DNA of 64,000 nt, taken from assembly GCA_965205975.1 (NCBI GenBank), contig OZ242195.1, forward strand, positions 4,928,001 to 4,992,000, given 5' to 3'. Below the pieces are notes generated by a model, which had not been told where the DNA came from, searched no databases, and worked only from the letters and a program-made list of their open reading frames with translations. Positions 32,480 to 42,417 of this stretch are shown here, in pieces (positions within the stretch are counted from its first letter, which is position 1; each line of letters opens with the position of its first letter). The stretch comes from Candidatus Latescibacterota bacterium (GTDB lineage: Bacteria > Latescibacterota > UBA2968). A program made the position numbers and the translations under genes.

Positions 32480-34069
32480 GTGAATAAAAAACAGGCCGAT
32501 GTGCCCGATTTGCTCCAGATTGGCGGCGGATTAAATTCAGGCGTGTCGCGGGAGGTGTCGCAACAGACCGGTGTTCCCGAAGCGCAGGTCTATGGCGTGG
32601 GTAGTTTTTTTGATTTGTTGACGGATACGGACAAAAAAGTGCGGGTATGCACGGGTTTGTCGTGTCGCATGGCGGGTGCAGATCAGGTGCTGCAGGCGAT
32701 GGAAGATGCGGGCCTGCCCGCGATGGGGTGTTCGTGTCTGGCAGCTTGTGATCGTCCGCCTGCGGTGTTGCGAGACCGCGATGTGTTGCCCGCTGTATCG
32801 GTCAAAGATGTGGCACAGGCAGAAGGCGATTGGACAAAGCTGAAGTCAGAAATAGAAGCCAATGGCAACTTGGGACATGTGGGGCCAGAGGTAGATGATC
32901 CAGATACTATGGCGATCAATTTGTTAGGGCAGGCCGATTGGTCGGGCAAAGCGTTTAAAAAGGCCGCGAAGATGCGTCCCGAAGAAATTATCGAAGAAAT
33001 AGAGACATCGGGGCTGCAGGGGCGCGGTGGCGCGGGTTTTTCCGCGTCTTTTAAGTGGAATGCCGTGTGTTCAGAAAAAGAGACCACGCGTTATGTGGTC
33101 TTAAATGGCGACGAGAGTGAGCCAGGTACATTTAAGGATCGCGAGATTTTGATGCGTCGTCCCGATCTGGTCATCGAGGGATTGGCGATTGCGGCTTATA
33201 CAATTGGGGCGAGAGATGTTTATTTGTACTTGCGGGGCGAGTTCGCTTTTCCAAAGGCTGTGATGGCAAAAGCAGTTGCAGAGTTTGAATCGCATAATAT
33301 ATTTCCCGATATCCGTTTTCACATGCACTCGGGGCAGGGTGCGTATATTTGTGGCGAGGAGACCGCGCTTTTAGAGGCATTGGAGGGCAAGCGCGGGATG
33401 CCGCGTTTGCGCCCACCCTATCCCACAGAATACGGTCTGTGGGGAAAACCCACTCTTATTCACAATGTGGAAACGATTGCGTGCGTGCCTTCGATTATTT
33501 CTAACGGCGGCGATTGGTTTCGCAATTTGGGGCGCACAGAGGCGGGGTCAAAAGTGTATTGTATTAGCGGGCATGTCAAACGCCCCGGTGTCTATGAGTT
33601 GCCGCTCGGTGTGACTTTAGATGAGTTGGTCGAAGAGGCCGGCGGATATATTGGTACTCCGAAAGCGTTTAGTCCCGGGGGTGCGAGTTCGGGCTTTTTG
33701 CCGGCTAAATACAGGGATCAGCCATTGGATTTTAAGACAATGGATGGGTTGGGTTCGCTGCTCGGCTCGGCCGGTGTTGTTGTGTTGAACGACACGGTGG
33801 ATATAAAATGGTCAGTAAGTCAACAGTTGAGATTTTTTCACGATGAAAGCTGCGGCCAATGCGCCCCTTGTCGCATTGGTACGCGGTATTTACACGAGGC
33901 ACTTGAAAATCGCATTTGCAATCGGGAACAGGACGACAACCCTCACTTGCAACACACAGAAGATGTGGCGTGGCAAATGGGTGAGGGTTCGATATGTGGT
34001 CTTGGGCAAATTGCTGCTCTCCCCCTGACGAGTGCCCAAAAATTTTTCCCCGAGGAATTTGATGAATGA
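32480..34069 (+). CDS. NuoE/NuoF-like fused diaphorase subunit of NAD-linked formate dehydrogenase
   Basis: CTGLSC/CLAAC 2Fe-2S motifs, GRGGAGF, DESEPGTFKDR, YICGEET and CGQCAPC; GTG start at 32480. Confidence 0.9.
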   Translation: MNKKQADVPDLLQIGGGLNSGVSREVSQQTGVPEAQVYGVGSFFDLLTDTDKKVRVCTGLSCRMAGADQVLQAMEDAGLPAMGCSCLAACDRPPAVLRDRDVLPAVSVKDVAQAEGDWTKLKSEIEANGNLGHVGPEVDDPDTMAINLLGQADWSGKAFKKAAKMRPEEIIEEIETSGLQGRGGAGFSASFKWNAVCSEKETTRYVVLNGDESEPGTFKDREILMRRPDLVIEGLAIAAYTIGARDVYLYLRGEFAFPKAVMAKAVAEFESHNIFPDIRFHMHSGQGAYICGEETALLEALEGKRGMPRLRPPYPTEYGLWGKPTLIHNVETIACVPSIISNGGDWFRNLGRTEAGSKVYCISGHVKRPGVYELPLGVTLDELVEEAGGYIGTPKAFSPGGASSGFLPAKYRDQPLDFKTMDGLGSLLGSAGVVVLNDTVDIKWSVSQQLRFFHDESCGQCAPCRIGTRYLHEALENRICNREQDDNPHLQHTEDVAWQMGEGSICGLGQIAALPLTSAQKFFPEEFDE

Positions 34070-36863
34070 ACTGACATTGAACGGACAGACGGTATGCTTT
34101 GCCGAGGGCGAAACCCTGCTGGATATTGCATCCCGTCAGGGGTTGGAAATTCCGACCCTGTGTCACGATCCGCGTTTAGAGCCCGCGGGTGCGTGTCGCT
34201 CTTGTCTCGTGGAGGTTGCAGGAGAACGATTGATGACACCGGCCTGTGCGCGTGTGGCGCAAGCTGGTATGGTGGTGATGACCGAGAATGAGCGCATTGA
34301 TCGGCACCGCCAAACCCTGATGGCTTTGTATATGACCGATCATCCGCACGAGCGAGAAGTATCGGAAGTGGGGGCGCCGGATTTATTGCTGGATATGGCT
34401 GCTGAGTTCGACGCGCCAATGGATTGGGGATGGATGGAGCCGATGCGGGGAGATCGAGAGGATCGCAATCCATACATCGATTTTAATCCCGATACCTGTA
34501 TTGCGTGTGCTCGGTGCGTGCGCTATTGCGAGGAAATAGAAGGTGTTTCGGCGATTACCCTTGCGGGTAGAGGGTCGCATACGACTATTTCTACGGTGGA
34601 TGAAAAATCACTGCTTGATACGACGTGCGAGTTGTGCGGTGGATGTATTGATGTGTGTCCAACCGGCGCTATGAATGAAAAATTGCCCCTTACGCGCGGG
34701 CAAAAACCCGAGCGCGAACTGGTAAAGGTGCGGTCAACTTGCAACTTTTGTGGGGTGGGCTGTCAGCTCGATCTCAATGTGGATTTAGAAGGACGAGATG
34801 GTCAGGGGCAGATTGTAAAGGTGACGAGTCCACCGCCGGGCACGACGACCAATGACGGCAATTTGTGTGTCAAAGGACGCTTTGCCTATGACTTTGTTCA
34901 CCATAACGACCGGTTGACGCAGCCACTTGTGCGGGGTGAGGATGGTGTATTGTATCCAACCACCTGGGACGATGCGCTCGAAAGAGCAGCGGAAGGATTG
35001 TTGGGCGTTGCAGAGCGACACGGCGTAGATGCCCTGGGTTTTGTGAGTTCGTCGCGGTGTACGATGGAGGAAAATTTTCTCGTTCAGAAAATGGCGCGCG
35101 TACTGTTTCGGGCAAATCACGTCCATCAGTGCGCGGCCACGTGACACGCGCCAACTGTGGCCGGTCTGGTCGAAACATTTGGTGCGGGTGCTATGACAAA
35201 TTCAATTGGCGAGATACGCGATGCTGATTTTTTGTTTGTGATTGGCAGCAATACGAGTGAAGCGCATCCGATTATTGCTATGGAAATGAAGCGCGCGGTT
35301 CGCAAAGGCGCAACCCTCGTTGTCGCCGATCCCAGGGCGATATGGATGACGTCTATTGCGGAAAAGCATTTGCCACTCAATCCGGGTACAGATGTATGGT
35401 TGCTCAATGCCATGGCGCATGTTATCGTGGTAGAGGATTTGATCGATCGCGAGTTTATCGAAAATCAGACGGAAGATTTTGAGCAGGTCAAAGAGGCAGT
35501 TGCGTCTTATACACCCGAGAAGGCGGAGGAGATAACGGGTATTTCAGCAGATGATATTCGCTGGACAGCGCGTCAGTATGCTACGACAGAAAAAGCGGGT
35601 ATATATTATACGCTGGGCATTACGGAACACGCACACGGTACGGATAATGTGTATGCGCTTGCAAATCTGGTTTTGATGACGGGGCATTTGGGCAAACCAG
35701 CGACCGGGATGAATCCACTGCGCGGACAGAATAATGTGCAGGGTGCGAATGATGCGGGTGCCACGCCGATGTTTTATCCGGGTTATCAGCGCGTGGATGA
35801 TCCAGAAGTGCGGGCAAAATATGAAAAGTCCTGGGGTGTTCCACTATCTCCTGTGCCTGGGTTGAATCTCAATGAGATGATGAAGACGGTGGGGGAACAG
35901 ATGCGCGGCTTTTTTGTAATGGGTGAAGATATTGTGTTGTCCGAACCCAATGTTCTCGAGTTGGAAAAGGGGTTGAATAATGTCGATTTTATCGTGATGC
36001 AGGATGCGTTTATGAATGAGACAGCGCGTTTTGCCGATGTGATTTTGCCCGCAGCCGTGTTTGCCGAGAAGGAGGGGACGTTCACCAATTCAGAGCGTCG
36101 CGTGCAGAGGGTTCGCAAAGCGGTTGAACCTCCTGGGGAAGCGCTTCCAGATTGGGAGATTCTGGTTATGCTGGCGAATAAGATGGGCGCGAATTGGTCT
36201 TATAAAGATCCAGCGGAAGTTTATGCCGAGATGGTTAAAGATGTTCCTCAATTTGCCGGTATCAGTCACGAGAAATTGGAAAAGATAGATCGCGTAGCAG
36301 GTGAAGAGAGCATAGCGGGCTTACAGTGGCCGTGCCCCGATGCAGAACATCCGGGTACAAAATTTTTACACGAAGATGGGATTTTGCGCGGCAAGGGATT
36401 GTTTATGCCCGTGCATTATATCCCACCGGCGGAATTGCCAGATGAAGATTACGGTCTTTTTCTTTCTACGGGACGCACGCTGTATCACTACAATGCCGCA
36501 ACACAGACGCGCCGAGAGTCCGGTCTCGATGCAAAACAGTCCGAGGCTTTTGTGGAGTTGCATCCGAGCGATGCGCGGAAGCGGGGTGTTCATCACGGGG
36601 ATATGGTGGAGGTGACGACGCGGCGCGGGAGTGTGCAGTTGCGGGCTATTTTGTCGCGGCAAGTGCGTCCGGGGTGTATCTGGATGCCGTTGCATTTTGC
36701 CGAGGCGCGCGCCAATGTGTTGACGAATGATGTGGGCGATGCGGTGACGGGGACAGCCGAGTACAAGGTGTGTGCGGCAGAGGTGCGGTTGGTTGAGTCG
36801 ATGTCCGATAATGAAAAGTTCTTTCCGGGGAGCTATTACTACGAAGAGGGACCGGGGTTGTAG
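34062..36863 (+). CDS. fdhF: Formate dehydrogenase alpha subunit, selenocysteine-containing (UGA at 35142-35144)
   Basis: ORFs 34032-35144 and 35157-36863 share one frame; HQCAAT-U-HAPTVAGL matches the FdhF active site; PLRGQNNVQG. Confidence 0.92.
35145..35190 (+). promoter_or_regulatory. Bacterial SECIS element
   Basis: CGCGCCAA/TTGGTGCG, TGT/ACA and GGCC/GGTC stems with a GGTCT apical loop, right after the UGA. Confidence 0.8.
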
Positions 36864-36903
36864 CGCGTGGGTGATTGAGTCAGGGGATTTATAATTCGCG
36901 GCT

Positions 36904-38361
36904 TTAGGATAAAGCTTCCTGCCCGAATCGCTCGACAGCCTGCAAGGTCTCGCGCACATCGTCCCAGGTCGTGGTGTGGTTGGCGATGCAGAGTCTGAGT
37001 GAAAATTTTCCATGCAGAAGCGTCGAGGATATGAAGGCTTTGTCTTCCCAAAAGATGCGGGCGAGTATTGTCTTGTTGATCTCTTCGAGTTCTTCTTCGT
37101 CAACAGCGGTATCGGCGGGTTTGACGCGGAAGCATACGATCCCCAGTGACGCGGGGTTTAACATCTCCAGTATCTGGCTTTCGCGGACGTACTCTTCCGC
37201 ACGGGCGGCCAATTCCATTCCCTTTGCTACAGCCCCCCGAAATGCGGCCATCCCAAAGGTCTGGACTGACATCCAGACTTTCAAGGCACGTACTGATCGG
37301 CTCAGTTGCAGGCCGCGATCCGAGAAGTTCGGGTGGTTTGTGCCCCATATTGTGTCCTGGAGAATGTCGTGGTGAACGCCGAAGGCGTTTTCAAGTGTAC
37401 TCAGGTCTTTGACCAGCAGACAGCCAGCCTCATAAGGCTGGAAGAACCATTTGTGCGCGTCCAGGCCGATGGAATCAGCCCGCTCGATCCCGCGCAAGAG
37501 TTCTTTGCCCTGTTCGGTCACGACAGCGAAGCCGCCGTACGCAGCGTCAATGTGTAGCCATATACCTTCTGCCTCGCAGTAGTCTGACATGGTTACGAGT
37601 GGATCAATAGTTCCGGTGCTGCTCGTTCCGGCATTGGCGCATACTGCAATGGGGTTGAATCCCGCTGTGCGGTCATCTGCTACAGTCTGTGCGAGTGCAT
37701 CCATGTCCAGGCGGAAGAGGTCGTCGCTTGGGATCAGGCGTATGCATTCTGGTCTGACGCCGATGATCCTGGCTGCTCGTATGTGCGCGCTATGGCTCTG
37801 GTCGCTCATATAGACGGTCGCGCGCTCTGGGTGACCCGCGGCTTCTCGCGCTGCGACGAGGGCATTGAGGCTGGCTGCGGAGCCTCCGCTCGTCAAAAGC
37901 CCGCCTGCGCTTTCTGGATAGCCGAGCCATTGCCGCAACCAATCAATGACGACCAGTTCGAGTTGGCTCGGACCGCTTCCGACCAGCCAGGTGCATACGT
38001 TGACGTTGTATCCAGCGGCCATGAAATCGGCCAGCACGCTGGGCCATGTGGGCGACGATGGGATAAACGCGAAGCAACGGGGGTGGTCCAGTCGCATCGC
38101 AATTGGGAGGATCTCGCGTGCGGCCTGCTCAATGACTTCTACTGGGGGCCGCCCAGCTTCGGGCGGATCTTTCAGGAGTTGTTTCTCCAGTCCCTGCCTG
38201 AATTCTCCATCCCAGGCATTTTCCCCGGGCAAGGTCTCAGTTCGCGCCACCAAAAGTTCCGCGGCTTTGTGCGCGAGTTCAAGCATGAGTTCGGGGGCCA
38301 TCTGGAGGCCGTTGCCCGCCTCGTCTGAAAGTTCTTGTTTTGTCACAGAGTGTCTCTCCAC
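36904..38361 (-). CDS. Group II PLP-dependent (aromatic amino acid) decarboxylase
   Basis: HPRCFAFIP, SGGS, HIDAAYGG and DAHKW (PLP Lys); GTG 38361 after AAGGAG preferred because the promoter -10 abuts 38415. Confidence 0.88.
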   Translation of the reverse strand: MERHSVTKQELSDEAGNGLQMAPELMLELAHKAAELLVARTETLPGENAWDGEFRQGLEKQLLKDPPEAGRPPVEVIEQAAREILPIAMRLDHPRCFAFIPSSPTWPSVLADFMAAGYNVNVCTWLVGSGPSQLELVVIDWLRQWLGYPESAGGLLTSGGSAASLNALVAAREAAGHPERATVYMSDQSHSAHIRAARIIGVRPECIRLIPSDDLFRLDMDALAQTVADDRTAGFNPIAVCANAGTSSTGTIDPLVTMSDYCEAEGIWLHIDAAYGGFAVVTEQGKELLRGIERADSIGLDAHKWFFQPYEAGCLLVKDLSTLENAFGVHHDILQDTIWGTNHPNFSDRGLQLSRSVRALKVWMSVQTFGMAAFRGAVAKGMELAARAEEYVRESQILEMLNPASLGIVCFRVKPADTAVDEEELEEINKTILARIFWEDKAFISSTLLHGKFSLRLCIANHTTTWDDVRETLQAVERFGQEALS

Positions 38362-38415
38362 ACACTTCTCCTTCTTGAGTTTTTCCATGTCATAACCAAA
38401 TATATTCTGTGACAC

Positions 38416-38444
38416 AGTTTATGCTTGTAAGTCCTATCTGTCAA
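38416..38444 (-). promoter_or_regulatory. Sigma70-type promoter of the decarboxylase
   Basis: TTGACA-17 nt-TAAACT. Confidence 0.65.
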
Positions 38445-38504
38445 ACATTTTAAATAGCTTTGAGAACCCTTAAAGCCAGTTGTCGTCCCGATTTCAGGAT
38501 ATAT

Positions 38505-38538
38505 AAAAAAGCCGCGAGTATAATTCGCGGCTTTTTTT
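38505..38538. terminator. Bidirectional-type intrinsic terminator
   Basis: aaaaaagccgcga-gtataat-tcgcggcttttttt. Confidence 0.85.
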
Positions 38539-38555
38539 GTGCTATATCGACCGGA

Positions 38556-39491
38556 TCATCCATCTGTTGGTGTCTGCGGATAAAAGCCAGAGAGCAGGGT
38601 TAATTCCATGCCGGTCTCGGGGTCAGTGATTGGGGTGGCATAACTTATTTTGCGTGAGCCAATGGGATCTCCGAGCAGTTCGCCATCTCCGTTCTCATCT
38701 ACCGCTGGATTATCGAAATAATACGCTACAAAACCGCCACCTGTAGCGGCTGCAGCGATGAGTTCCTGGACGTATTTGACGCCATTGGGATCTTCAAAAT
38801 CAATCAGGTTTTGTCCCTCGAGAGCTGCATTGGCTGCGTGATACACTATGACGCCCTCGCTGTTTAAAACTGCGAGGTAAATGGATTCGTGTTTCCACCT
38901 GCCTCCCTCTTGTCTGAATTCTTCTGCGATGTCCTCGGAAAAGGGGAAGCTTTTCGCGTATTCTTTTGCGGCTTCTACAAATGCTTTGAGGGTTTCTTTA
39001 TCTACTACATCCCTGGCCGTAATTTGTTTTGTTGGCTCTTCCAGAGAGTATGAATCTTTCACCTGTGCTTTTCCACCGATGGGCAAATAGAGTATGACCT
39101 TATAGCCTGCGTTAATTGGTATGCTGGACCAGGAGCCGATCTCGCCCCCGTCCTGCGAGGCTCGCGCCTGGTAATAACCATTGCCCGATGCGATTTCCAC
39201 CAGTGTCTGACCTTTTTCATCTGTTGTGCCTGACCACTCATAGGCTGGTACCTGTCCGGCAATAGAGCGCGAAAATTCTACGGCTACACCGCTTACTGGC
39301 GCGCCGTCACGATACAGATTGACCATGACTACAGCCTGTGCTTTGTGGTGGGCTATTGCCAATTTGCTCAGGGGACGTCCGACCTGTTCCTCTGTTCCGA
39401 CTTCTGACTGCGTCAAGCGCTCTCCGCCGCAGTTCCACATCAGTCCTGCAGCAAGAGCTATGATAGCTATACTGCGAATGTGGTTCAACAT
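38556..39491 (-). CDS. Lipoprotein: conserved N-terminal beta module + single Cache domain
   Basis: MWNC lipobox; IY..VLN.EG..VYH..N..LEGQN...DPNG..YVQE..GGGFV.Y Cache pattern; GGAGGA RBS. Confidence 0.78.
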   Translation of the reverse strand: MLNHIRSIAIIALAAGLMWNCGGERLTQSEVGTEEQVGRPLSKLAIAHHKAQAVVMVNLYRDGAPVSGVAVEFSRSIAGQVPAYEWSGTTDEKGQTLVEIASGNGYYQARASQDGGEIGSWSSIPINAGYKVILYLPIGGKAQVKDSYSLEEPTKQITARDVVDKETLKAFVEAAKEYAKSFPFSEDIAEEFRQEGGRWKHESIYLAVLNSEGVIVYHAANAALEGQNLIDFEDPNGVKYVQELIAAAATGGGFVAYYFDNPAVDENGDGELLGDPIGSRKISYATPITDPETGMELTLLSGFYPQTPTDG

Positions 39492-39509
39492 GGAATCCTC
39501 CAAAAAAAT

Positions 39510-41117
39510 TTACGGCGAGAACCGATAGACCACGGGCAATTGCGCGGGGTCTGTGATGTTCAAATCTGTGTGGTGGTAGATGTTGATGCGCCCGGTGCCG
39601 CAGTCTCCGAATTCGTCGCAGTTGAGTGTCCCGACAAGGCCCTGAAAGCCTGACGTCGCGTGGAGTTGCCTGCGCAGTGCGGCGCGATCTACATACAATT
39701 TCCCACCCGCTTCGCCTGCAACAATCTCGATGGCGTTGAGCAGTAGCGTTGTGGCGTCGTAAGAGTGCGCCCAGTAAGGCGTGATTGGAAATCCGCCATA
39801 CGCGGCTTCGTACGCGGCGAGCGCTTCATCTACGCTCTTGCCGGTTGCAGCATTGACATTTGAGCCGAGATCCGCCTCCGGTCCTGCAGCGTAAACACCC
39901 TCTGATTGCGGTGTGGCAAGGAATTTCGAATCGAGGAGGGCTGCACCCGTGATGAGTGTCGCGTCTTTCAGGCTGTCGTGTTCCCGCACCTGCTTGGCGA
40001 AAGGTATGCCTTCTATATCGAAGAGCGGGAAAAAGATGCCGTCTGGTGTGGCTGCTGCAAATTCCGTGAGGACGGCTGTCATGACTGTCTGCCCTTTCTC
40101 GATCGTGGCGGTGGCTACGACTTCGCCTCCGATGGCGCTAAACGCATTGCCAAATGCGATGGTGAGGCCCAGGGTGTACGGGTCGCCATCATTGAGGGCG
40201 GTCATGCGTCGCAGGCCCAATTCATTGTATGCGAAGTCGGCGACTGCCCGCGCCTGATAGAGGTCGTTGACCGAAACGCGGAAATAGCCGGGGTGGTAGT
40301 CGGAACTCGCGTTGCCGGCGAGGTCGGACGTAAGTGCTGGCGAGGTGTTGGATGGCGAGATCATTACCAGACCCGCCTCGCTGATCACCGGTGAGGCCGC
40401 CACAGCTGCGCCGGAGCAGTTCGTGCCGATGACGCCGACTACCTGCGGGTCGGCAATGATCTGCTCTGCGCCCATGCGGCCGCCATCTGGCCCACACCCG
40501 GTGTCCAGTGATTCGCCGAGTTCAACCGCGTGACCGTGGATCAGGCCGAAGTCTTGTACGGCCAATTCAATGGCGTTCCGCGACGGCCCACCAAGCGATG
40601 TCGCGATGGTATGCGCGAGCAACGAACGGATTTGCACGGCTTCACCTTCGTCAATCGTGACTAAAGAGCGCATGGACGAACCGGTCACCTGTGCTTGTCC
40701 ACCGATGGGCAAATTGAGCATGACTTCGTAGCCTTCGTTAATTGGTATGCTGGACCAGGAACCGATCTCGACCCCGTCCTGCGAGGCTCGCGCCTGGTAA
40801 TAACCATTGCCCGATGTGATTTCCACCCATGCCTGACCATTATCATCGGTCATACCCGACCATTGATAGTCGGGAGTCTGTCCCGCAATGGAGCGCGAAA
40901 ATTCTACAGTTGCACCGCTTACTGGTGCGGCATCCTGGTGTACAGTGACCCCTACCACAGCCTGTGCTGCATCCTCGTGCGCCACCATTTTGCTCAGGGG
41001 ACGGCCAATCTGTTCCTCTGTTCCGGTTTCTGATTGCGTTACATGATCGCCGCCGCAGTTCCACATCAGTCCTGCGGCAAGAGCTATGACAAAAATACTG
41101 CGAATGTGCTTCAACAT
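39510..41117 (-). CDS. Lipoprotein: same N-terminal module + LivK-like branched-chain amino acid binding domain
   Basis: MWNC lipobox; VIGTNCSG, ISPSNTSPALT, YFRV..ND and SYDA motifs. Confidence 0.82.
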   Translation of the reverse strand: MLKHIRSIFVIALAAGLMWNCGGDHVTQSETGTEEQIGRPLSKMVAHEDAAQAVVGVTVHQDAAPVSGATVEFSRSIAGQTPDYQWSGMTDDNGQAWVEITSGNGYYQARASQDGVEIGSWSSIPINEGYEVMLNLPIGGQAQVTGSSMRSLVTIDEGEAVQIRSLLAHTIATSLGGPSRNAIELAVQDFGLIHGHAVELGESLDTGCGPDGGRMGAEQIIADPQVVGVIGTNCSGAAVAASPVISEAGLVMISPSNTSPALTSDLAGNASSDYHPGYFRVSVNDLYQARAVADFAYNELGLRRMTALNDGDPYTLGLTIAFGNAFSAIGGEVVATATIEKGQTVMTAVLTEFAAATPDGIFFPLFDIEGIPFAKQVREHDSLKDATLITGAALLDSKFLATPQSEGVYAAGPEADLGSNVNAATGKSVDEALAAYEAAYGGFPITPYWAHSYDATTLLLNAIEIVAGEAGGKLYVDRAALRRQLHATSGFQGLVGTLNCDEFGDCGTGRINIYHHTDLNITDPAQLPVVYRFSP

Positions 41118-41156
41118 AGAATCCTCCTGAAGAGTGTTGTAAGAAAATGCTGTCGA

Positions 41157-42179
41157 TCAAGCAGGTGTCAGGGCTTCTCTGGCAGCTTGAGCTTGAGGTG
41201 AGTTGGGATCGCGTCGTATGGCGCGATTCATAGCAAGATGTGCGCGTTCATCTCCGGTTTTAGCCAGTTCGAGGGCTTCTGCAAAACCTTTCTCCGAATA
41301 GCTGAGGTCGCGGGGTATGATGCGATTATCCTGGTTTTCCCAATAGTATTTGAGGTCGTCGTTTTCCCAGTCTTTGTACACGTCTTCCCAGGTAAGATTG
41401 TTGAAGATGTTTAGATGGGGTTCTAACATGTGCTCAGATAGGGTGTCGCCGAGTTTTTGATAGCGGTTGTCGAGGGAGACGCGAAGGCGGTCTTCGGTGA
41501 GGTTTGGTAGAGCCTGGTGTACCGTGAGTGCGGGGAAGATGAGGGTATCGCCGATTTCGTAGTTGGTGCTGTGCCATTGGCCTTCCAATTCGTCGGTGTG
41601 GATGCACAGGCCGCCCGCGCCCAGGGAGAAGTGGTGGTTCATCACGGCGTTGATTTTGTGAGAGCCGGGCAGTACGGCGAGGCCACCCAGTTCAATGGGG
41701 CAGTCGCCAACAGGTGCCCAGCAGGTGTAGGTGTCGAAGTTGCCCTGAAAGTGTACAAAGTCCTGGTGTATCGGTGTGGTGTGCGCCGTGTATTTCGGAA
41801 ACCACAGGCGAGCGACTTTGTGCGGATGCGGGAAGACAGGGCCATCCATTACTTTTTTGAGCAGGTCGAGAACTTCTGGTTCATGGGCGATGCGGTGAAA
41901 GGCTTCGAGTTTGTACACTTCGTGATATACGTCGGTGTATTCGGTGTCGCCTTCGGTACACTGTTTGGATATATCGGCGATGCCATCTATGGGATCGGTT
42001 CCCTCGACGAGCCAGGGGGTCATTTTGTTGAGCATTTGTCGCCGCAAATCCCAGAGTTTGTCCGGGTTCTGTAATTTGCGAAAGAAGAGGTACCCTTCTT
42101 CATTGATGCGCCGCCGCAACTCTTCCGAATCGTTGATCGCGTCGTTGGATACGCGCAATTCTGCAATCTGGTCAGTCAT
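41157..42179 (-). CDS. Phytanoyl-CoA dioxygenase (PhyH) family Fe/2OG enzyme
   Basis: HQD ... GGLAVLPGSH ... H ... R.S pattern. Confidence 0.88.
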   Translation of the reverse strand: MTDQIAELRVSNDAINDSEELRRRINEEGYLFFRKLQNPDKLWDLRRQMLNKMTPWLVEGTDPIDGIADISKQCTEGDTEYTDVYHEVYKLEAFHRIAHEPEVLDLLKKVMDGPVFPHPHKVARLWFPKYTAHTTPIHQDFVHFQGNFDTYTCWAPVGDCPIELGGLAVLPGSHKINAVMNHHFSLGAGGLCIHTDELEGQWHSTNYEIGDTLIFPALTVHQALPNLTEDRLRVSLDNRYQKLGDTLSEHMLEPHLNIFNNLTWEDVYKDWENDDLKYYWENQDNRIIPRDLSYSEKGFAEALELAKTGDERAHLAMNRAIRRDPNSPQAQAAREALTPA

Positions 42180-42417
42180 GGCCTGCTCCTGGGTTAATGA
42201 GGAGATTTGGGCGATTTCTCTTCGGGAGAGTTGGTCTGCAATTTATAATTATAGGCTTTATATTTTAGAATGCAACCCAAATTAACAAAAGACGTTTTAA
42301 TTTGCATAACTCGCCAACCTCTGACAGGGCATCGCAAACTTTGTTTGCCAAATTTGTGTAAATCTTCGATAATTAAGAGCGATACTCTGGTGGTGCTAAC
42401 TAACTACTGAATTTGCC

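Noticed and set aside
35142..35156. Nonsense mutation / FDH pseudogene or two separate genes
   Set aside because: The TGA is at the catalytic Sec position, in frame, and followed by a SECIS-like hairpin.
42301..42317. Sigma54-like TGGC...TGC motif on the minus strand
   Set aside because: GG-to-GC spacing is 8 nt rather than the required 10.
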